A stretch of 63,875 nt of DNA, counting the filler, from Ministeria vibrans ATCC 50519 (Eukaryota; Protista; Filasterea): assembly GCA_943704425.1 (NCBI GenBank). It is 12 parts of 12 records of this genome, joined end to end, with 100 filler letters (N's around TTAATTAATTAA, not from the genome) between each part and the next. Parts side by side here need not be neighbours in the genome. Positions count along the whole stretch, not along the records: positions 50,042 to 62,749 come from CALSCP010000060.1; positions 62,850 to 63,875 come from CALSCP010000359.1; 10 more parts are not named here. The stretch is one strand, 5' to 3'. The notes beneath the pieces were generated by a model. It had not been told where the DNA came from, searched no databases, and saw only the letters and a program-made list of their open reading frames with translations. Shown one piece after another: positions 52,812 through 63,875 of the stretch. Both the position numbers and the translations under genes were made by a program. How positions within the stretch are numbered: position 1 is the first letter of the stretch; every line of letters begins with the position of its first letter.

Positions 52812-55175
52812 TTACACAGTGGCATGTGCGATGGTAAACGCACTCATGTGCAGAGCAAACCACGCGTAAAAGTGCAAACCTGCCGCACGAAAGAGGGTGC
52901 GGGTGTCCGGGGAAAGATCGTCGTCATAGCTGATCTGAGCAAGAAACCGGCCCGACTCAAGGGAGCGCAGGTGGTCTGTGGCAGCGTGGCAGGTGGCGGG
53001 AGGTGGGGCAGGAGAGGAGCGGGTGGCATCGCGCAGGGCAGTGACGACAACAGAGTGTGGGGTGCGCACGGACGGAAGAACAGTGGCGCACGGGTTGAGG
53101 AGATAGCAGCGCACGACGGGATGTGTGAGTTCGGCAAGGTGGAAGAGACACTCGGCGACAAGACGTGAAACACTTGGAGGCTGCTCGCAGGCGGTCGCAA
53201 GACGATTCAGAAGCGAGCAGACCAGCTTGCCTTCGGTAAAGGGCAGTGCATCGAGTGTGCGTGCGCGCGCTGCACTCGCAGTGTGATCATCTGCTTCGCC
53301 AATGAGATACTCTGCGGGATCGTCTGACAAACCGTTTGGCCACTTTCGCGTGGCACAGCGAGTCTGGATGACTCGTCGGCGGGCAGTGTCAATGGTCTGT
53401 GGAAGTGTCGAGGGCTCGATGAGAGGCACGGTGGAACGAGGCGCAGTGCAGAGGGCAAGCCACTGACGAGTGGCGAGTGTGCGCACATCGGGTTTAAGCA
53501 GAGACTCGTCTTGACGAAGATGCGACGGAATGTGAAGGAGGGTCGGGAAGAAGGCAAAAAGTTGCACTTGTAGTACGTCCTCGGAGTGAAGACGCAGCAC
53601 AGTAGCAATGAGAGACAGGGCGGCGGAGGCGAGTGGAAGATTGACTGAGGAGACACGCGACACAATGGTATCGAGGACTGGTTCGTATGCAGAGGAGCGA
53701 GAGTGCTGTAAGGGGGGAGGGGAGTGGAGGAGAGAAGAAGAAGAGGGTGGTGGAGAGGCGGGAGAGGCGGACGATGTGGCACGCGTGGACGGGGACGCAA
53801 TGTCGTTGGTAGAGTCGGAGACCATGACGGACTGGCCGCGTCGAGGGCAGTGTAGGAGAAAGCGAATAAGTTGGAAGGCAAAGGGGCGCACTGACGTGTG
53901 CTGGAAGAGCAATTCAAGACGGCCAATGGCACACGCGACAACTTCCGGCTTGCTTCCGTAGATGGCGGAGCGACAGCTCTTATGCAGCACTTTTGAGTAA
54001 AATAGCGTTGGAAAATCCGTCACAAGTGTGTGAGATGAAGGCAAAAGCTCGACAAGTCGATTGCACCAGGAAAACAGAGACTCGGCAAGACAAGGCTCAC
54101 GAGCAATCGACGAGCGCTGACTCGAACTGGGAGTGCTCTCACCGCTGTGGTTATTGGACGTCGTCGTGTGAGTGTTGTTGCTGGAGCGGCGCCGAGGCGA
54201 TGCTGAATGACTCGGTGGAGGCGGGAACAGTTCCGTAGCGAGCTGTGCAAGAGTGGTGGACTCGAAGAAGTGTGTGAGAGCGGTGCAGAGTCGATCGCAA
54301 AGGGCGCTTGAAGAAGCACTGAGACGCTCGGCCACGAGAGCCGCGCCATGGTGCTCGCCCGAGAGACTATTTTTCATCAGCTGGTAGACAGTCTCGCGCG
54401 ACAATACCCCCAATGCGTCAGTGTGAGCAATGTATTCAACGACAAAGCGCACCAGCGCATCGGACTGTGGAGAAAGCACCAGTTGGTCAGAGCTCAAGAA
54501 CAACTGTGAGAGCTCCGGGGTCGAGGCAAAGGAGAGCGAGACAGACTTGAGTACACGAAGACATTGGCCTGGTCCGCAGTGCTGAGAGGGAACAGCTGCT
54601 ATGCTCTGCGAGAGCAGACGCAAAGTGCACGACTGAGTCAAGAAGGGAGGAGAAAAACACACACACACACACACACACAAACAATGAGTGGGTTTTTTTG
54701 TCTTCCTTTTCCCTTACTAGGACTGTTCGTTGTCGGTCGTAGGAAGCATTTCTGGTTGCATCGACGACAAGAGAGAAGAATTCGAGGAGCGAGTCGAGGA
54801 GAAGGAAGTGATCTGCTTTGGGAATGGCAACGAGACGCTCCAGGAGACCCGTGTCGCACACCGCGTCGAGCTGGGAGGCTAGCGAGACTGCAAGAGCCAC
54901 GAGGTACTCGCGAAACCGACGAGTGTGCACACGGTAGTCGTTGGACGAGGCAAGGACGCTGAGCGACGACGCGTCAAGGTCTTCGAAATGCGTAGCGATC
55001 AGTCGCTCCAGAAGATCCTGCGGCGTCGACGAGCCAATGCTGCTCGACTGAGACCGTGCTACAGAGCCTAGGCATGCACGCGAAGGAGGGGGGGGGTTAT
55101 AAAATGTATCGCATGAAAACTGATTGTGTGTCACAGAGTGACATTCACAATTGAACGACCCACCAAAAGCAAAAG

Positions 55176-55218
<43 letters not shown>

Positions 55219-55468
55219 GCTTGTTTCGACTGGAAAGACAACGAGCTGGCTCCCGATTCACGCCGAGAGGGCACTACAGCGCATGATGGGTACCTTTGCG
55301 AGAAACAGCGTCCTTTCGCTCGAGCGGTACGTGCCGGGAATCGGGTGGAAGTGTCGCGGCGGCTGCGGCTGCTTTGGACGCTGCTGGAGGCGACGACGGC
55401 GCGGGAGTCGTTCTCGCGGGGACCCGTGGAAGTCTTCGGGGCGTTGACGACGACGGGGGGGAGTTCAT
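52812..55468 (-). CDS. FHF complex subunit FHIP/FAM160 (RAI16-like)
   Basis: Helical protein with LFSWCN.LV, AALSLI..VL.LHSEDVL..LF, FTEG.LV.SL..RL...HLA...HPVVR.YLLNP; the 5' exon structure is uncertain. Confidence 0.7.
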
Positions 55469-55846
55469 AACAAGAAATTGACTGATGTCTGAATTCTGAT
55501 TGAAATTTGGTTTGTTTACTGACTTGTTGTTGTTGATTGAATTGTACTTTCAACTTACACCAAATCAAATTAATTCATTTCAGGACTTCTGTTCAAGATC
55601 TTTGTATACGAATTTGCAATATAATTATAAATTCATGATGTTTGCTAAATGCTGTCACGTAGTTTGGGCAAAATAAGCAAATTGAAAGGCGACAATTAAA
55701 ACTCTACAATGACATTTGTAATACGCCTGAGTTACAAATTACGATTTTTTCACAGATGTACATTTACAAAGTCATCTACTTACGATATTTTTATTCTTAA
55801 GACGGTAAAGCTTCCCTTCAATTAATGCACGGTTCAAAGGGATTCT

Positions 55847-56699
<853 letters not shown>

Positions 56700-56817
56700 G
56701 TTTGACTGATTGTGTGTGAGACTAAATTGTTTCATTGATGAATGCTGGTTGATTTTTGTTTGTTCTCGATTCTCTATTAATTTTTTTTATTCATTCGTAC
56801 TTTTGGTAATTGCCGGC

Positions 56818-57487
56818 ATGCCTTTCCCGAAAGAGCACATGGACACCCTTGTGTTTAGTGTAGTGCCTCTTGCCGTGTGCTATTTTTCGGATCTTCTTCT
56901 TTCGCGTGTGCATGGCAAGTTCACTTCAGCACTTCTGGACAACGCCAGTCACGGCCTTGTTGCTTTCACCATCTGGATGGCAGGTGCCTCGTCAGCCTCG
57001 TCGTGGCAAGAACGAGTTGTGTCGGCGACGTGTGCTGCTGCAATTGCCTGTGCAATGGACGCCGATCACTTTTTGATGGCAGGCAGTTTGCATCTCCACG
57101 TACAATTCATCTTCACTCGCGCCCCTCTCTCAACCCTGCGTGTCTCTCTTGCAGGATGCAACGCATTTGAGGTCACGGCCGCCCGCCCATGCACTTCTCT
57201 TTGTCGCTCTTGTGGGAGTTGCAGCCTACGTGGCGGGACTTCACTTTTCAGGGGCGCTTGCGGTGCGGTTTGCGCTGATTGCCGTCACAGGCGTTCTCTC
57301 GCACCAAATCAAGGACGGCTGGCGCCGGGGCCTCTGGCTATGGCCGCTCGCCTCTACTCCGCCCATTGCCTACCCGCTCTATCTTCTCCTCGACGGCATT
57401 CTTCTGCCTCTCTCACTGTCCTATCTTCTCGCACACACTCCCCCCACAACTCGACACTATTCTTCTTCTTTCCTCACTGTAGTCTGA
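56818..57487 (+). CDS. TMEM267: Transmembrane protein 267 (C5orf28-like)
   Basis: DNASHGLV...W, MDADHFL.AGSL, A..L..RP..H, SHQIKDG.RRGLWLWP. Confidence 0.88.
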
Positions 57488-57519
57488 ATCATCCACAATC
57501 TACCTGGACTGTACAAAAC

Positions 57520-57732
57520 ATTGCCCCCAATAGTTACAAATCGTCAATACATCTGACACGTCGTCTCAATACATTGTCCCCAGTTGTTGCAAATCATCAA
57601 GACATCCGTCGTCTCAATACAGCTCGTCAATACATCTGACACGTCGTATCAATACACTGTCCCCAGTTGTTACAAATCATCAATACATCCGTCGTCTCAA
57701 TACAGCCCCCCTCCAGTTGTTACACGTCGTCT
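57520..57732. repeat. Composite minisatellite (~83-bp unit x2 with sub-repeats)
   Basis: tcgtcaatacatctgacacgtcgt.tcaatac..tgtccccagttgtt.caaatcatcaa repeated at ~57541 and ~57624. Confidence 0.8.
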
Positions 57733-58049
57733 ATTTTCTTCACAAATGCAATTGGTGCGTCTCCGCGAAAGAAAACAAACTCCAAACTCCAATTTTGAGC
57801 CTATAACAAACATCATTGAGTCAAACGAATTCGAAAGCACCCCAATTTGACATTATTTTGATTTGTGTTACCAAAAGTGCCTTTTGCACATTGGGCCACA
57901 TTTGATGGGCCAACCGCTGTGCAAACTCAATCAGACTCTATTATAAATGATTAAAAGAACCCCCCCCCCAAGACACAAAAAATGAGTAACAACTACACGG
58001 TTTTCTTTTCTATTGGATACGATTGAGTCAAAGTGCGCAGAGTTTTCGT

Positions 58050-60190
58050 TTTCTCTCAAAGATCTGACAAGAGAAGCCACAAAAAAAGCAAAAACGGATT
58101 GAGGACCGGAGGCAGAGTGGTCGAGCCAGAGGTGACAGTGCGGAAGATCATGGTGGTTGGCCAGTGTCAAAACATAGTGCGACTGGAAGGGAGGTGCGAG
58201 AATGAGTGTGTGAGTGAGTGGAGACACAAGGTGTGGGCAAAGGGGTAAGGCCATCTGTAGCGGCTGTATTAGGGTTAGAGCTACACTTGTAGTTACACTG
58301 TGCGTACCTCTGACTGAGTCTCAAATGCTCTTTTAAGCGTTTCTCGGCCCTCCCAATCTGCACTCCTGAGCACATTGGACACATTCCCATCAATCACAAT
58401 GGGCACTTTGAACGCTGATTTGTGTGCACGCACAAACGTTTCTTCCTTTGATATTTCTTCAATGGTCGGACACTCAATCGCGTCCTCAAATCTCAATTCA
58501 GTCGTTCCTACAAAAGCAATAATAATTAGAAGAAGAAGAAGAAGAAGAAGAAGAAGAAGAAGAAGGCATTATTATTACTATAATAATATAAATTGATATT
58601 AAATCATAATGAAATTTCTCTCTCCTATTATTTTGTTCTGACTGTGTTTTAGTGCAAAATTGAGAGTTTCCAATTGCGACGAAAGAATCGAATAAAACAC
58701 TCGTTCGGCTCTTTGAACATTCAAAGTGTGTAAACTAAAAAAAAGACAATAACAATAACTATAATAATAGCAAATAGAACTAGAGTTATTCGTACCGAAT
58801 GAGCATATTTGAACGGTAATTCGAATAAATGTTGATGAGAGAAAGTGGAAGAAACGCACAAAAGACTGAAAAGGTCTCAGAGCCAATGAGAGAAGAGCAG
58901 ATTACTCCAAAGGCAGTGCCTAAGAGAAACAGAAGAGTGGCATATTGAGAGTGACTTGTGAGAGTAATAATAGAAACAGGAGAAGAAAAAAAGAGAATAA
59001 AAATAGTAATATTATTATAATAATATAATAATAATAATAATAATAAAGCAAATACAATAGGAGAAAATGGTAATAAAATAAAAAAGAAGAAGAAAATGGG
59101 TTACTGACCGACCACCGCAGACGCAATTGCTTGTGACGTGCATTTGGCAGTGACGTCTCCCAGATTGTCGTGTAGGGTCAGACTGCACACGCAATAACAA
59201 TGATAGTCATTATGATATTGCATTATAGCACATCATATTCGAATACCTTTGGTTCATGTGTGCTCGTGTGGCTGAACTTGCAATCCACGAGACGTTTTTA
59301 CCCGCATTAGAGAGAGCCGCAAGAGGGAGAAACAAGTGTGGGACCAGTGGTGTGATAAGCTCAACACAAGTCGATACCTACATTGTTAATGTGTATTTGC
59401 GTTTGTGTTTGTGTACGCTCTTTCTTCGCTTTGGACTTTTGGCTCTTGGTGAAAAAACGAACCTGAAGCGCAATGGTAGCGAGGAAGCGCTGTCGTTTGG
59501 GGTCTGAGTCGAATTTAGAGGCAAAGAACATGCCGTAAAGGACGCCACCAAGCTGACCAAGTCCGTCTTTAAGAATCCAGTTGATGGCGGCGGCGAGGGG
59601 AATTGCCCCTGCGCCGAGTCCAACGGCAAAGAGCATGGACTGGGTTGATAGCACTGCATTGATGTGTCACCCACTGTTTGAGTGTTGTTTCGTTTCGCTT
59701 GGTTTTTAGGGTCTTACCGCTCGCCATCGTGCCTGAGGAGTACTGTACAAACTGCCAGGCGCTGTAGGGAAGGTAGTTGTTCGTGACTGATCGCGGATAG
59801 TCTGCAAAAAGAACAAAAGCAAAACAGACAGACGTATGAGCATATTGCGCGCAACGTGGGCGGGAAGGCACCTTTGGGGAAGAAGAGTCGAAAGAGGACG
59901 TGCTCCCATGTTTCGGCGGAGGGAGAGGGGGCGGGAGCGGCGCCAGCAGACGCGGTGCGGCGCAGGAGCGGCAGAGACTGGCGCGCCACAACATCCCCAT
60001 CCGACGCAATCGCATTCCACTGGTCATCGCGCCCCAGGACTTGCTGGTACACTACGGCGGCTGTGGCGGGTGTGTGTGTGTGTCGAATGAGAGCAGAAAA
60101 CGCGCATGTTTCAAAAAACGATTGTTGTACCTTTGCGACTTGGATTTGTCGCCGTTCGTCGTTGAGCAAGCCAGAACCGTTGCCCACTCA
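58050..60190 (-). CDS. Root UVB sensitive (RUS/DUF647) family protein, multi-exon; ends approximate
   Basis: FFP.DYPRSVT..YL.Y..W, VLSTQSML.AVG, AAINWILKDGLGQLG, FDSDPKR.R, N.GK.V.W.A..ATRA, NLGDVTAK. Confidence 0.9.
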
Positions 60191-60455
60191 CTCCCCCTAC
60201 TCCTCTCTGGCACCGTAGCAAGCTGTGCAGTGTTCTCGTAACAGAGAACATAAAGGAGAATTCAAACAGTGAATTTTGATTGTTGAATGTTGATCGATCG
60301 ATTTATTCCAGAGTAATTTAGGTTTCACACACACAGTTTTCGCAGTCGCTCCTTGAATCCTTGTCACTTCACAGTTCACACTTGTGAGTTGTAACTCTTT
60401 CATCTTTGACACACACACACATACATTCATACATACAAACTGACACTTTTTAACT

Positions 60456-60469
60456 GTTACCATGGAAAC
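60456..60469. promoter_or_regulatory. RFX X-box motif GTTACCATGGAAAC at the 5' end of RSPH10B
   Basis: Fits the palindromic X-box consensus GTTRCCATGGNAAC and sits at a ciliary gene. Confidence 0.6.
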
Positions 60470-62749
60470 TCTGGTTCGTTCATGCCGCCCACCCCGCTGC
60501 GTTCTCAATGTCTCACCATCCTCCCTTTTTTATAGAGCCGCGTACTTATTGGGTTCGTGAGCAGCGACGCACAGTTTGACGACAAGGGCGGCCTCGAAGG
60601 ACCCATTGAAAAAGTTGAGTTTCACAATGGAAACACGTACGCCGGCGAATGGCATCAGGGCGAGATGCATGGTCGCGGTGCATTTACCTGGAGTGAAAGG
60701 GGCATTACTTACAAGGGGGTGTTTAACGAAAATCATGCCACAGGTGTCGGTATGTGTGTCCAAAATGTCTCCCACAAAGTTTTGATCTTGAAATTTTTTC
60801 GTTGATAGGCACTCTGTTGTGGCCTGACGGATCGCAGTACCACGGCGACGTTGTGGATGGCATGCGACATGGCTGGGGGGTATATGTGTCGGGCCAGCTG
60901 ACATGCTTTTATGCTGGCGACTGGGCCAATGGCCATCGTCACGGCCGTGGACAGCTCCACCACTTTGCCAGCAAAGATGACCTCCTTGATGCGGTCGCCG
61001 AGCTCGTCCAACAAGCGCACGACACGCCCTCTGTAGATTCTGTTGTAGACGACGACGACGAAGAAGACGACCTTGTGGAGAGCGCAGAAGAGAGCAATGA
61101 CGAAGAAGCAGCATCAAACGCTCCCTCTGGAAACGACGCACACTTTTTCCCTTCACTTTCACGCTTTACACTCCCATCCACCGCATTCGGTCGACGAACG
61201 CCCACCGGCGAGACAAGCTGCTACGACGGCGAGTGGTGCAACGACCAGAAAGAAGGACAGGGCACCATGACGTACCGAAACGGAAATATGTATGACGGCG
61301 AGTGGCACGCCAATCAGCGCCACGGCCAGGGCACCATGGTCTGGCACACGCGTCTCGAACGGTACGCGGGCCACTGGCGCAACGGCAAACAAGACGGTGT
61401 GGGCGAGCACATCTGGATGTTGGCACAGTGCTCGTGCTCAGACGATGACTTTGCGTTCCATTTGCACAACCGCTACATCGGTGAGTGGAGCAACGGAGTG
61501 CGCAACGGACGCGGAACCTTCTTCTACGCAGACGGCGCGCAGTACTCGGGAGAGTGGCGCAACGGCCGCAAAGAGGGCTCTGCCTACTATCTCTATGCGG
61601 ACGGGCGAATGTTCTCGGGTGAATTTGCAAATGATCAAATGTGCGGCACACCAGCTCATCCGTTAAACGAGAAACGTGACGCAGTGCACTTGCTTGACAT
61701 TGCGGATATCACGTGTACACTGCTGAAGCTTAATGACAGCGAGGCCCGATACGAAGAGAAGGCGCTTTGCAATGCGGTGGTGCGTCACATTGTGCTCTTG
61801 CGTCGTGTCTACACTCGCTATGCATCCACGAGTACATTCTTCCATCGTACTACGTCTCCGCTAGTGCTCTCGCGCTTGCAGCTGTGGCGTCTCCTGCTCG
61901 ACTGTCGTGCTACTGCTCAGCACACACTCGCTGCTCTCGATCGTACCATTGCGCTGCGCTTTTCCGATACAAACACTTCCTCACACAGAGGAAGTGATTG
62001 TAGTACTATGAGTGTGTACCTTGCGCGTTTCCGAGACCCACACAACCCATCGCATGTGTTTCTTCTGCGCGAGTTCATTGACGCGCTCATCCGCATTGCT
62101 GTGCTCCTCTATGCCTCATTACTGCGCCCCACCACACACCATCCGAGTGCGCTGCTCGCATCCTGTCTCACGCACTTCATTGACGTCCATCTGTCCCCAC
62201 TTCCGTCTCCCGGCGGTCTCCTTTTCACCAGTGCGTCACGTCTGCGCTCCCTTGCGCCCCTCCAAAACTCCCTTTACGCTTTCTTCCAAGCCTCGTCCAT
62301 GTCCACCGAAAAGTCTCTCGTAGGCGCCCCCAACGACCGTACCCTGACCCGTCGTGCGCTCCTCCGTCTGCTTCATTGCTCTCCATTGGTCCCTGCACTC
62401 ACCACGCAGCAGACTATTGCGCGTCTTTGGCAGTCACACGATTGCGGCAAGCACACTGACGCACTCGACACCGACATTGAAATGGTCTACCTTGAATTCA
62501 TCGAAGCACTCCTCACACTCACAGCAGATGAAGAACAGCCCACTCGTACATGTACAGCAGGCTCTGACAACTCCGCAAAGGAGACGAATAGCCTCCCAGT
62601 ACTGGGCCCCACACTGGGTCTCACACTCGACGCACAGGCAACCGCCATTGTCCATGTCGCTGGCTATGCCAATGCGGCTGCAATGCACCTCCTGCGCGAC
62701 GCCACCGTCTTTCTTGGCTCTCGCGGTGCCTCTTGTACTCACTTGCTGT
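60462..62749 (+). CDS. RSPH10B: Radial spoke head 10 homolog B (MORN repeats), 3' partial; start codon uncertain
   Basis: About 10 MORN repeats (Y.GEW..G..HG.G), G.H.W...LHNRY.G.W, then VVRHI..LRRVY..Y, QLWRLLLDC, H.P....LLREF. Confidence 0.82.
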
Positions 62750-62849
62750 NNNNNNNNNNNNNNNNNNNNNNNNNNNNNNNNNNNNNNNNNNNNTTAATTA
62801 ATTAANNNNNNNNNNNNNNNNNNNNNNNNNNNNNNNNNNNNNNNNNNNN

Positions 62850-62893
<44 letters not shown>

Positions 62894-63070
62894 AAGAAAC
62901 AAAGTGATAGAGAGAAACAAAGTGATAGAGAGAAACAAAGTGATAGAGAGAAACAAAGTGATAACGGAGGGAAAAAGAAACGAAGCGACATATTAAGAAT
63001 GATTGAGTAACTAACCTTTTTCTGTCACTGTTTTTTTCTTTTTTCTCTCTCTTTGTGTTTTCGTATCAGA

Positions 63071-63806
63071 CCTTTCCTTCCCGATCCACTTTGTGGCTGT
63101 CTTCTGCGCATCTGGAGAAGCAACACGGGACACGCGCCTCACTACTGTCGCTGCTGCAGAAGGCAGTGCGACATTGTCCACAAACGGAGGTGCTGTGGCT
63201 TATGGGGGCCAAGGAAGAGTGGCTGGATGGCAATGTGGCGGGTGCGCGCGCCATTCTCGCAGAAGCGTTTAAAGCGAATCCAAACAGTGAGGTGAGTGTG
63301 CAGTTGGTTTCTGATTGCAACAAAGAAAGACAGCTTGTCATTGGCGTTAGGAGTCCTAATGGTCTTTTTTTCTCTCTCTCTCTAATTGTGTGTGTGTGTT
63401 TTAGGACATCTGGTTAGCTGCGATCAAGCTTGAGAGTGAGATTGGCGAGTACACGCGTGCACGTAAACTGCTGGAACGTGCTCGAACCAACGCACCAACT
63501 GGAAGAGTGTGGATGAAGTCAGCCAAGCTGGAGTGGCAGGTCAGAACATTACTTACTGACTGTGTAGCTGGGGTTGTGTCTGTATTTGTCGCCTGTCGAT
63601 CTCTCTGTGTCTGTCTGTCACTTTTCAAACCGACTTTTTTCTTCTCTCTCTTTTTCTTTAGCTCAATGACTTAGATGCGGCCGAGTCCTTGTTATCGCGC
63701 GCAGTTTCTGTTGAGAATGGGTTCCAGTCGTTTGACAAACTGTGGATGATGCGAGGACAGATTGCGCAGTGCAAAGGGGACACCAAACTTGCAATCCAAC
63801 TCTACC

Positions 63807-63808
<2 letters not shown>
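63071..63808 (+). CDS. PRPF6: PRPF6 middle exons, continuing the gene at 17610-19603
   Basis: [71 protein letters not shown]. Confidence 0.95.

Positions 63809-63875
<67 letters not shown>

Overview
Eukaryotic, intron-rich genomic DNA made of 12 short contigs joined by artificial 100-nt N/TTAATTAATTAA/N spacers, so adjacency across spacers has no biological meaning. Core proteins (VCP/p97, PRPF6, TOP1, NT5C2, ARMH3, TMEM267) look animal-like. The window also carries genes animals lack (canonical topoisomerase VI B, Puf4/5-type Pumilio, Pin4-like RRM-R3H, GtaA-like glutaminase) and flagellar genes (SPAG8, RSPH10B), which suggests a flagellated unicellular holozoan or other opisthokont (inference). 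Most notable: (1) a Roc-COR GTPase fused to a bacterial-type caspase-like protease with an intact His/Cys dyad; (2) a B-box + macro-like + SIR2_2 (defence-type NADase) protein; (3) a >3,500-aa PA14/VWD/IPT/EGF surface receptor in which ten EGF pairs carry matched extra cysteines, probably inter-domain disulfide staples; (4) a near-identical 126-bp TPR array; (5) a candidate pre-metazoan IER/SERTA protein; (6) a consensus RFX X-box at a radial-spoke gene. One local misassembly (displaced SPAG8 exons) was detected. All family assignments come from motif recognition, not database searches, and exon boundaries were inferred by eye.
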